From: a virus
UHGV virus genome: UHGV-0348865
Direction: 5' to 3' (one strand)
Length of the DNA stretch: 64,000 nt
The notes under the pieces are model-generated. The model saw only the letters and a program-made list of their open reading frames with translations. It had not been told where the DNA came from and searched no databases. The stretch's first letter is position 1, and each line of letters starts with the position of its first letter. Below are positions 10,909 through 19,515 of the stretch, in pieces. A program made the translations under genes and the position numbers.

Positions 10909-11961
10909 TTAGTTTGCTCCAAATGCCCCTAAGACACCACCTAAGATATTACTACCTGCTGTGGATAACCAGTTAGACTGACCTCTCTGTTGAGAAAGAT
11001 TAGAACCTCCAATCATAGGTCCAGCCATTCCAGATTGCCCACCTGAGTTATTATAGGAACTCCAAGCATTCTGAGTCTGTTGGTTAGGAGAGAAAGCACC
11101 CATACGACCTGCAATACCTAAACCAGTGATACCAGCACCTAGGAGCTGTTGTCCAGTATTGACTCCCGGAGCAGCATTCTTAATCGTGTACCCAGCCATT
11201 GGACTTACACTGTTTAATACATTAAGCTGATTGTTAAGCTGATTCCACCCATACTGTTGAGAGCCAATAGCGTTCTGCCAATTAATATCAGCTTGAGCTT
11301 GGGCTTGTTGCTGTTGTAGATTACCAGCCATGAGTTGATTCTGGATAGCTTGTTGAGTTGCCTGAACACCTTGAGCACCAAGGTTGAGATTCTGTCCAGC
11401 CAATCCTGACTGAGCACCAAGTAAACCCCTCTGAAAGTTTTGGTCTTGTTGAAGAGCACTGATTCCCATATTCTTGCCACTGATAGTACGGGCTAAGTTT
11501 GTATTAGCACTGTTCAAAGCAGCCCCTTGAGCAGCAGCTCTACGGAGAGAGCCTGAATCAGAACCATTTCCGAGAGATACATTGGAAGCTGCCTTACTGG
11601 TCGCTTGAGCAAGAGCTGAGCTATTCAATCCTTTACTGAAGTTATTAACACCATCAGCAGTTAAACCACCACCGTTGACAATATTCTGATACTGCTGTGC
11701 AAGAGAGTTTAATTGGTCTAACCCTTGCTGTGTACGAGGCGTGTACATATCAGCCAATTGCTTCTGAGTAGTAGAAGCTGCTAAGTTGTTCAGAGCACCT
11801 TGTTGATTGCCATTAAACCCAGCCAGCTGTTGGGAGATGAATCCCGGATCGTTGTTCTGCATATTCTGAGCATTAGCAACAATCTGCTTCAGCAGGGCAT
11901 CAACCTGAGAGGAAGGGGCCACTGTGGTTTTGCTAGAAGCTGATTTTCCAAATAAAGACAT
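10909..11961 (-). CDS. Q/N-rich low-complexity virion protein (paralogue of 9928-10896)
   Basis: Same composition and N-terminal pattern (MSLFGKSASSKTT) as the neighbour. Confidence 0.45.
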   Translation of the reverse strand: MSLFGKSASSKTTVAPSSQVDALLKQIVANAQNMQNNDPGFISQQLAGFNGNQQGALNNLAASTTQKQLADMYTPRTQQGLDQLNSLAQQYQNIVNGGGLTADGVNNFSKGLNSSALAQATSKAASNVSLGNGSDSGSLRRAAAQGAALNSANTNLARTISGKNMGISALQQDQNFQRGLLGAQSGLAGQNLNLGAQGVQATQQAIQNQLMAGNLQQQQAQAQADINWQNAIGSQQYGWNQLNNQLNVLNSVSPMAGYTIKNAAPGVNTGQQLLGAGITGLGIAGRMGAFSPNQQTQNAWSSYNNSGGQSGMAGPMIGGSNLSQQRGQSNWLSTAGSNILGGVLGAFGAN

Positions 11962-11980
11962 AAGTCCTCCTTAAAGATTA

Positions 11981-12763
11981 TTACTTTATACCAATGCTAG
12001 CCAAACGCCTGAGCACTGCTTGTGTTTGTGGACTGTACTGAGAACCTGCTGCATGTGGTGCACTTGCCCTCTGAACTGTTTGAGAAGTAGGAGGTTTACC
12101 AGCAAGCATAGCAGCTACTCCTAATACTGCATTACCAAAGTTCTGCTGAGGCTTCTGGTTTTCTCCTTCCTGCACTTCATCAGAGTAAAACTCTACTGGA
12201 TTGCCACCTAAAGCACCAGTCTTAGAAGCAGCAATTTCTGCCTGAGTTGGGGCTTGAGCAGCCTTCTCCCTATCAAGAGTATCCGGACTAAACTGATTGA
12301 CTGGTTGAACAGCTTGCAAAGCTCCAATAGGGTTAGCAATCTGAGAAGCTGCATCATCATAGAAAGGAAGAAAGTGTTTGTTGTTCATTGAGTCAAGGGC
12401 TTGAGGTGTAAATCCCTTTTTACCGGCAAACATTTGCTTAGCTCCACCTATACCTTCTGAATAACCAACCATTGCTTTCTTAACATCACCATTAAAAGCC
12501 TTTAAGTTATCTCTAATATAACGAGCACCCATATCAATATTCTTTGCTGGGTCAAGTCTGTCTTCTAGTTTGTAACCGTAGTCTTTAGCCAACCCTTTAC
12601 TGATCTGCATTAAACCTACAGGACCAGTTCCAGAGGCTACCGTAGGACGACCACTAGACTCTCTTTGGATTACAGCATGAATCAAAGCAGCAGGAATCCC
12701 ATACTTCTTTGAAGCCTGTTGAACCATTGGGTCTAGTTCTTCAATACCCATTTTAATTGCCAT
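11981..12763 (-). CDS. virion-associated lytic transglycosylase (SLT domain)
   Basis: SLT signature ...VIQRESSGRPTVASGTGPVGLMQISKGLAKDYGY (catalytic E-S and GLMQ motif); strong RBS. Confidence 0.8.
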   Translation of the reverse strand: MAIKMGIEELDPMVQQASKKYGIPAALIHAVIQRESSGRPTVASGTGPVGLMQISKGLAKDYGYKLEDRLDPAKNIDMGARYIRDNLKAFNGDVKKAMVGYSEGIGGAKQMFAGKKGFTPQALDSMNNKHFLPFYDDAASQIANPIGALQAVQPVNQFSPDTLDREKAAQAPTQAEIAASKTGALGGNPVEFYSDEVQEGENQKPQQNFGNAVLGVAAMLAGKPPTSQTVQRASAPHAAGSQYSPQTQAVLRRLASIGIK

Positions 12764-12775
12764 AATATCTCCTTG

Positions 12776-13807
12776 TTATAGTCCAGCAAAAACCTTAGCT
12801 GCATTTATTACAGGAACTGATAAATTAACTACAGTATCAGCTCCTAGGTCGTAATTTTGATCCCATTGAAATAGATATCTTCCATAACCAGTTCCTATGC
12901 TAGAACCACTCATTGTGTGAGATCTCATTTGCTGATACCTCCATCCACTGCCTTGGCCTTTTATCGCACCTATTCCAGAGGTAAGAGGTATCATAGGGTA
13001 TGACATTCCAGTGTTACCACCTCCTGAGCCTATAAAAGTATCCACAGTGAAAGGTGTTCTATTAGTAGAGAAGACACATTGCGTGGTACCCGGAGAGTAA
13101 ATATTCAAACCTCCATTATGTTCCGGAACTCCTGCTCCATTGCAGAATACTGCAATTCTAGCAAACACAGAACCACCCTCATTAGTGTTGCCGTTTATGT
13201 AAGGTCTGTTCTGATAAACACGAATAACCCTGTCATCAGAAGTATAAGATAGTCCTATCCCTCCATCAGACCAATTAGCAAACACAACAGCATTGGTCAT
13301 ATTGAACCCACCGATATTTGGTATCTGAAGGGCATTGTTTATGGTCCCCTGCCAAGCCCAAATACATTGACCGACGACCCCACTATCAGATATCGAGAAG
13401 TAGTCTGCTGTATTAGAAAAGGTAATTCCGTAATTCCTATCCGCTCTAGGCCATATTTGATATACGTTGAACCCACAGTCAAATAAGGGGTTACTGCCGG
13501 GGTTCTGATTCAGAGTAACTCTAAAAGAGGAACTGTTTTCTACGTAGATATTATTCACACAATAAACATCAGGAACTAGGTTAGGAGGGACTTCCCATTG
13601 CCAGCATAAAGAACCGGTGGGAACAATAACTATCTGACCACTGCCATCCCATCCACTAATAGGGAAAGATCTCCCAGCTCCATTAAAGTTAAAACTCCCT
13701 CTTATACTATTCTTGAACTGAGGGAAAGTACTTCCGCTATCAATAAATAAGGGAGCGGGGGTTGCTGGCCCCGGCCCTACTGGTTGTGTCCATATTCCAT
13801 ATGCCAT
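12776..13807 (-). CDS. virion structural protein (function unknown)
   Basis: 343-aa Gly/Asn/Ser/Thr-rich ORF inside the tail gene block. Confidence 0.4.
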   Translation of the reverse strand: MAYGIWTQPVGPGPATPAPLFIDSGSTFPQFKNSIRGSFNFNGAGRSFPISGWDGSGQIVIVPTGSLCWQWEVPPNLVPDVYCVNNIYVENSSSFRVTLNQNPGSNPLFDCGFNVYQIWPRADRNYGITFSNTADYFSISDSGVVGQCIWAWQGTINNALQIPNIGGFNMTNAVVFANWSDGGIGLSYTSDDRVIRVYQNRPYINGNTNEGGSVFARIAVFCNGAGVPEHNGGLNIYSPGTTQCVFSTNRTPFTVDTFIGSGGGNTGMSYPMIPLTSGIGAIKGQGSGWRYQQMRSHTMSGSSIGTGYGRYLFQWDQNYDLGADTVVNLSVPVINAAKVFAGL

Positions 13808-13808
13808 A

Positions 13809-14777
13809 TTACCAACTCCCTATCCTGATTCTAAGAGCACCACTTCCATCATAGAAGTCTATTCTGTTACCATTCATCCACAACTGCGCTCCACCTGTAC
13901 CACCCATAACAAAGTCACCACCAACAGTAAGTCTCCAGTTAGAACCCCACATAGAACCAGCAGTAATCTTATCCGCTGACAAGTTCTGAATCTGGGCGTT
14001 GGAGATGGATACGTTATCAATCTGTGCCCATTGGATTCTAGCGTTAGCAATCTGAGCTGTTGTGATATTGACATTCTTTATATCAGCGAATTCCATCCTA
14101 GCTCGCCCACCCTCAAATACGAAGGGAGTATTCCCAGAGCTGCCATCACCAACAATAAATTTGTTAGCTGTTACTTGGAATTGACTGTTTGTTCCGTTGT
14201 TAGTTAACTTGACCCCAGCATATCTTCCGTTGACTGTAGAGTTAACACCCCACGTAGCTTCATACTCAGAGAGTTTCATATACTGAGAAAGGCTTCCGTT
14301 GATATTTTGCAGTTCTGTCTGAACAAGAGCAATCTCTTGACCTTGATCGTTAACAATACCTTCTACTGTCTGAATCTTAGTTGTGTTACCTTCGATGCTA
14401 GTCTTAAAACCAGATACAGTGCTTTCCAGCTTCACAGGAGGTTGAACAGAATTATCCCAAATATCCTCAGTGGACAGGTTCCCCATCTGGGTTTGGATAT
14501 CTGCAATAGCTGTTTCTATCTCTGTAGTAATTCTATTCTCAAGCCCATCAAATTGTAGATTCATTGCATTAAGAGCTTTAATACGAACATCAATCTCTTC
14601 GTGAATTTCATCTATAGCTTGGAACATTTGGTTAGTAGCTGTACTGACTTTTTGTAATTCATCATACACGGCTACGTTATATGTTTCTGTGTCCTGTACA
14701 TTATTGAGAAACCCAACGTTGTACGGGAGTGTGGTGTTGTTACGACCTGTATTCTTTCTAAATCCTCCAGCACCCAT
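13809..14777 (-). CDS. tail fibre/spike-like structural protein
   Basis: Start placed at the internal Met (MGAGG) with AGGAGG RBS; C-terminal repetitive segment ARIQWAQIDNVSISNAQIQNLSADKITAGS resembles fibre repeats. Confidence 0.5.
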   Translation of the reverse strand: MGAGGFRKNTGRNNTTLPYNVGFLNNVQDTETYNVAVYDELQKVSTATNQMFQAIDEIHEEIDVRIKALNAMNLQFDGLENRITTEIETAIADIQTQMGNLSTEDIWDNSVQPPVKLESTVSGFKTSIEGNTTKIQTVEGIVNDQGQEIALVQTELQNINGSLSQYMKLSEYEATWGVNSTVNGRYAGVKLTNNGTNSQFQVTANKFIVGDGSSGNTPFVFEGGRARMEFADIKNVNITTAQIANARIQWAQIDNVSISNAQIQNLSADKITAGSMWGSNWRLTVGGDFVMGGTGGAQLWMNGNRIDFYDGSGALRIRIGSW

Positions 14778-14807
14778 TCCATAATCCCTCCTTGCTAGAT
14801 AATCTAA

Positions 14808-14836
14808 AAACAATAAAAGGGGCACGAAGCCCCTTG
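14808..14836 (-). terminator. intra-operon hairpin with U-tract (possible attenuator)
   Basis: On the minus strand AAGGGGC-TTCGT-GCCCCTT followed by TTATTGTTTTT, between the Big_2 gene stop and the next gene's RBS. Confidence 0.4.
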
Positions 14837-14839
14837 TTA

Positions 14840-17800
14840 TTATCTTCGTCCGCCAACAGCAAACTCTATCGTTAACCCATTGATAGCAGCATTACTGTTA
14901 ACATCATTATCTATAACATTATAGAAAAGGTATGGATGGTTCAGTCTCACAGAGACATGCCTGTCAACACCGATCGTGTATGTCTTAGATGTGTGTGGGT
15001 GTCCATATTCATTTGAGAATTGACTACCACCAGCTTCAAATATGTAAGTACCTGAACCAGTTGTCTGAGGTCTGAACCTGTTGATATGTTTCTGATTCCA
15101 TTCGTTAGTGATGTTATCAAAATCCATACCAGTTCTTTCTAACCTCATCTCCAGTGGTTTTTCTATAACCTTATCATTAAGCCTATCATAGAAGTAATCC
15201 AAAGCACCAACATCCACTTGATAGAATCCCCTCAAGAATGAACCTACTATCGTAACCCTCTGTCTAAAGTTTGTTGCATCCTTTCTCCAAACAAGTTCTT
15301 TGATAGATGGGTCATCCCAAGTGATCTCTTGGAAGTCAGACCAGATTGGACCTCTCTCTAAAACAGGAGGGTCAACCAGACCGATACACTGAGCATAAGG
15401 GATAGTACGGAAAGACCAAGTATCAAACTCATAATTCCATACAGCAGCTTTAGTGCAAGCGAAGCTTTCTTTCGGCTCTCCCGGACCTACATAGAGAACC
15501 CAAACTTCTTTCTTATCCTGATGCAAGTGTACTCGAGTAGCTAGAGGGTTAACCAGACAAACCTCGTTAATCAGCATGTTCTTAACACGGTTAGATGCAA
15601 TTGACTTCTTGGTTGCACCATTGTGTAAGATCACATCGTTCTGAGTAACTACGAAATGACTACCTTCTACTTCAACCACACACTCAGGAGCAAGGATACC
15701 AGAGTCATTAAAGAGTTTCTTGAACATCAGAGGTTGGTATGTGTTATTAGTTGGAGAACCAATATACGTTTCAAACTCTGTATAAACGAACAAGTAGTCT
15801 TTAAGAGGCAGGATATCAATCAAGCTACCATTAGAATCGGCTAGGTCAATGTAACCAGCATACCCATTCTCTAGAGCCTGAGTCTGCCCTACGATGTTAG
15901 AAGCTAAGTCCGAAGACACAACTCGATCATAGGCAAAGTCATCCCACAGTGTAGGAGCCTTGTTCTCATTGGCAAAGTTAGACCAACGAAGACGAAGCGG
16001 ATAGTTAGTGGTAACACCAGAAGCATTAGCCTCTCTCATATTCAGAGCAAAAAGACGGTTGTTAAAAGATCTCACTCTCTCACATTTCCAGTTAAACTTC
16101 TTGACTGAAGGGTTTCCATCACTATCAACAACTGTTTGCTCACCCCACCCCGGAAGGTCTACAAAGTATTCTGATTCGAATTCTTTTACCTGAGGAGTTT
16201 CATAGTGAGTTGTAGCAACTGCACAGTTAGAGATAACAGCGTGATACCAAGGGTAGTCATCAAAAGCATCGTAATCCTTCTGAGTCATCTGACTGACAGT
16301 GCATGTTACGTTAATCTCTCCTTTACGAAGAGCAACCAGTTTGATAGATTTACCAGTGACTGAAGTTGTAGAAACATAACCAGTTTTATCAACAGACCAC
16401 TGATAAGAGTACTCACCTTCTGGAGAAGCTGTGGCTGTAATGACAATCTCTTCACCAACATCAAGGGAGGCGCTGACAATATCTAAGGTTACAGACGACA
16501 AAGGGGTTGCCAGTAAAGAAGCTCTTGCAAAACCTTCAATGTCATTCACGTTAGAGTAGTCGTAGAAGTTGTTACCTTCATACATCCCTGACGTATCAAT
16601 ACCGGATGTAGGCTCAGCAAAATAAACCGTCTCTTCACTTTCAGGAGGAGTTACTACTTCTTCCTCTTGAGTTTCTACTGACTCTGACACAGGAGCGGCA
16701 AATGCCATAGCACTTGTTCTCATTGTCCTTCCAGCTAAATCCACACGTACAGTACAGACAGCAACTCTGTTACCTTCTTCAGTGGTAGCTGTAATCTCAG
16801 TAAAACCAGCAAGCAGAGCGTTGATCGTCCCTTGTGTGCTAGTCCCTGATACTGTTGCAATATTTGGGTTAGAAGAGGTCCAAGTAATGTTTTGATTAGG
16901 GGCGTTAGCAGGAGAAAGGGTGGCAGTTAAAATATACTGAGAACCTCTACTCACAGTAACATCTGACTGGCTTAAAGAGATACTATCAATCTGAGGGATA
17001 GAAACAATCTCACAAGAAGCAGTCTTAGTCCCGTTATCAGCAGTGATTGTTACATTACCTTCTCCATTCGCTGTAATGACAGCAGTTAAAGAGTTGGCGT
17101 TAGGGGTTACAGATACAATAGAAGCATTATTGCTGGACCAAGTTACAGGGGTTTTGCCAGTAACAGCCGTGAGGGTAGTAGTCCCTCCTTTACGAATTGT
17201 AACAGTATCTTGACTCAAGAAGATGCCTGAATCACCATCGATGATATTAACAGCAATCTGAGCCACTACGGATTCATTGGCAGTAGAGATAGTTACTACA
17301 AGATTACCCTCTTTCTCAAAAGATGTTAGAGTAGCAAGTTTAGAGTCACTAGGGTCTACCGTAATACTTCCATAGGATGAGTTACTAACCTCCCAAATAA
17401 GATCGGTATTGTTAGCATCAGCAGGGAGAAGAGAAACCTCTAGATTCTTGGTCTGATTGAAGTTCATTGAGATAGTTGATTCTTTAGGAACGATCTGAGA
17501 AACAACTGGATAAATCTTAATTGAGGCAGAAGCCTTCTTAGTGACTGTAGCAACCTTACGGCTAATATCAGTCAAGCTTTCATCTGTCAGTTTATATAAC
17601 TTCTTATCAGTACCTACAACAAGAAAGCTATTACCTGCGCTATAATAATCGAAAGGCATAGAAACGAAAGACAGAGGGGTTAAATCCTTATCTTCATCTA
17701 CATAAGAAAGAGGGGCATTGCCCCCCGTCTTAAATACTCTCTGCTCAACAAATCGAGCATTTATAGCATTAGTGAAAGCATTAGGAGCTAAGTCTGTCGG

Positions 17801-17857
17801 AGCCTGATCAGCGATAACGCCTACAGCACCTAGTGACTTTATTGGATACAGCGCCAT
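14840..17857 (-). CDS. large tail protein with three Big_2 (bacterial Ig-like) domains
   Basis: Three tandem segments of the type ITWTSSNPNIATVSGTSTQGTINALLAGFTEITATTEEGNRVAVCTV; 1005 aa; could be a tail tube/nozzle-type protein. Confidence 0.55.
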   Translation of the reverse strand: MALYPIKSLGAVGVIADQAPTDLAPNAFTNAINARFVEQRVFKTGGNAPLSYVDEDKDLTPLSFVSMPFDYYSAGNSFLVVGTDKKLYKLTDESLTDISRKVATVTKKASASIKIYPVVSQIVPKESTISMNFNQTKNLEVSLLPADANNTDLIWEVSNSSYGSITVDPSDSKLATLTSFEKEGNLVVTISTANESVVAQIAVNIIDGDSGIFLSQDTVTIRKGGTTTLTAVTGKTPVTWSSNNASIVSVTPNANSLTAVITANGEGNVTITADNGTKTASCEIVSIPQIDSISLSQSDVTVSRGSQYILTATLSPANAPNQNITWTSSNPNIATVSGTSTQGTINALLAGFTEITATTEEGNRVAVCTVRVDLAGRTMRTSAMAFAAPVSESVETQEEEVVTPPESEETVYFAEPTSGIDTSGMYEGNNFYDYSNVNDIEGFARASLLATPLSSVTLDIVSASLDVGEEIVITATASPEGEYSYQWSVDKTGYVSTTSVTGKSIKLVALRKGEINVTCTVSQMTQKDYDAFDDYPWYHAVISNCAVATTHYETPQVKEFESEYFVDLPGWGEQTVVDSDGNPSVKKFNWKCERVRSFNNRLFALNMREANASGVTTNYPLRLRWSNFANENKAPTLWDDFAYDRVVSSDLASNIVGQTQALENGYAGYIDLADSNGSLIDILPLKDYLFVYTEFETYIGSPTNNTYQPLMFKKLFNDSGILAPECVVEVEGSHFVVTQNDVILHNGATKKSIASNRVKNMLINEVCLVNPLATRVHLHQDKKEVWVLYVGPGEPKESFACTKAAVWNYEFDTWSFRTIPYAQCIGLVDPPVLERGPIWSDFQEITWDDPSIKELVWRKDATNFRQRVTIVGSFLRGFYQVDVGALDYFYDRLNDKVIEKPLEMRLERTGMDFDNITNEWNQKHINRFRPQTTGSGTYIFEAGGSQFSNEYGHPHTSKTYTIGVDRHVSVRLNHPYLFYNVIDNDVNSNAAINGLTIEFAVGGRR

Positions 17858-17866
17858 AATTCCTCC

Positions 17867-18670
17867 TTAGCTAATACGTCTCCAAATGTGAGCTGCTCTG
17901 AATGGTGGCAAAGTGTTAATAGGTTGACGAGAGATATCATCACGACCAAGACTTACACTACCAGAGATTGTATGAGTATGTGTGTCATTATCAGTTCTCT
18001 GACTATAACCACCACCCGGACTATACCAGTTTGGTGAGCTGTTATGACCACTAGCATCCCCACGACCAAACACCATATTGTGACTGTGAGTATTACTGGA
18101 TAGAGAGAAGCTGGAGCCATTAACTGTCATCAAAGGTACGTTCTCAGTTCGAATAGTATTGAAGACACGACCACCAGTACCACCTGCTTGGAACTCAACT
18201 CTCTGAGCATTAGGAACAGTTCCATCAGGGTTTACTACACCAGTACCCATAATGACACCAGTCACTTTAGCCCAAGAACCAAACCCTAAGGAGATTGAAT
18301 CACCTGGGTTAATGTCTTCTTCAGTGATATAGTAAGAACCAATTCGATAGAGCTTATTCTCCATCCAGTTCTTCATGAACGCTTCCATCTGGCCTTTAGT
18401 AACAACATCCTTGTCACCAGTTCCCGGAGTAACATTCTTGATCATAAGACCACCAACATCCATTGCATCACCAGTAAACTTAAGCTTCTCTGACATAATC
18501 TTAAAGGTATCAGAATCTATATCAACCGGTTCTGTAACATTGGGGAATGTGTTCTGTAACGTTTGTTTAATGAGGCGGATTTGAGCCGCCCCTTCGTAGA
18601 TGTAATCCCTGTCTCTAGGATAGAGCGGGTTTAAGTCGGTAATAACTACCGCATTAGTTTCGATAGCCAA
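17867..18670 (-). CDS. tail-associated structural protein
   Basis: 267 aa with a Gly/His-rich C-terminus (NTHSHNMVFGRGDASGHNS...THTHTISG); location between lysozyme and the Big_2 protein. Confidence 0.4.
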   Translation of the reverse strand: MAIETNAVVITDLNPLYPRDRDYIYEGAAQIRLIKQTLQNTFPNVTEPVDIDSDTFKIMSEKLKFTGDAMDVGGLMIKNVTPGTGDKDVVTKGQMEAFMKNWMENKLYRIGSYYITEEDINPGDSISLGFGSWAKVTGVIMGTGVVNPDGTVPNAQRVEFQAGGTGGRVFNTIRTENVPLMTVNGSSFSLSSNTHSHNMVFGRGDASGHNSSPNWYSPGGGYSQRTDNDTHTHTISGSVSLGRDDISRQPINTLPPFRAAHIWRRIS

Positions 18671-18682
18671 AAGGCACCTCCA

Positions 18683-19174
18683 TTAATATTTACCTTCGGT
18701 GTAAAGATCAGCTTCTGCAACCCTTCTATTATGAAGACCCTGACTTCTCTGCTTCTCTCCCTTGACCGTTATTTTATCCCAACGAAGAAATTCGGAATAT
18801 ACATCCCCTTTAACTTCTCCATTGATAACCTTCCTTAACTTAGATGTGCTCAAAGCACCACTGCCAACATTGAAGTTGAAAGAAGTGAGTGCATCAAACT
18901 CATGAACTAGTAAAGGAACCTTTATGTTCTTTTGAGTAGCACGAACAGAGTCTTGTGTGTCTCTATCTAGCAGAGCTAGACAATCCTCTATAGAATACGT
19001 TAATCCTTGTCTAACCGGATAACCATTCATATCGCGCGTAGCCCCTACACATATAGTCCATATACCTGCGGAATCTTTATAAGCCTTGGTTCTCATACCC
19101 TCATGCTTCATGATGAATTCCATTCCAGCTGGGCTTAAGTTTAGTTGTACAGGTAGCAATGCGGCGTTATCCAT
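18683..19174 (-). CDS. phage lysozyme (muramidase, T4-lysozyme-like fold)
   Basis: N-terminal catalytic block FIMKHEGMRTKAYKDSAGIWTICVGAT of phage lysozymes; 163 aa. Confidence 0.8.
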   Translation of the reverse strand: MDNAALLPVQLNLSPAGMEFIMKHEGMRTKAYKDSAGIWTICVGATRDMNGYPVRQGLTYSIEDCLALLDRDTQDSVRATQKNIKVPLLVHEFDALTSFNFNVGSGALSTSKLRKVINGEVKGDVYSEFLRWDKITVKGEKQRSQGLHNRRVAEADLYTEGKY

Positions 19175-19203
19175 TCCTAACCTCCTTTTGTAGTCCCTTT
19201 AAA

Positions 19204-19422
19204 TTAAGGTAGTATCTTTCTCAGAGCGTTAGATTCAGCATCAGGGCAAATAACAACTAAGTTATTTTGAATTGTTCTCTGCTTGCATTGAGAGCTAAGC
19301 TTCTCTACTGGAGCAGGGACAGTTACTAATGGATGAACTGCGCTTACAGGAACTGCGGTTGATACCACAACGCCTGCAACTAAACAGATTAAACCATATG
19401 CAGCCTGTTTCATCATTTTCAT
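19204..19422 (-). CDS. small membrane protein, possible holin/spanin-type lysis factor
   Basis: 72 aa with one N-terminal transmembrane segment (AAYGLICLVAGVVVSTAV) and a Cys-containing periplasmic tail; immediately upstream of the lysozyme. Confidence 0.35.
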   Translation of the reverse strand: MKMMKQAAYGLICLVAGVVVSTAVPVSAVHPLVTVPAPVEKLSSQCKQRTIQNNLVVICPDAESNALRKILP

Positions 19423-19515
19423 TTGAGTGTCTCCTATATATTAACCTCTTGGGATATATTAGTTTCATTACTTACTAAGGGTACTTACTACTAAAGCCCC
19501 CGAAGGGGGCTTATC

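Noticed and set aside
14778-14825. N-terminal extension of the 338-aa track ORF overlapping an intergenic hairpin
   Set aside because: The extension runs through a GC hairpin with U-tract and lacks an RBS; AGGAGG precedes the internal Met (MGAGG).
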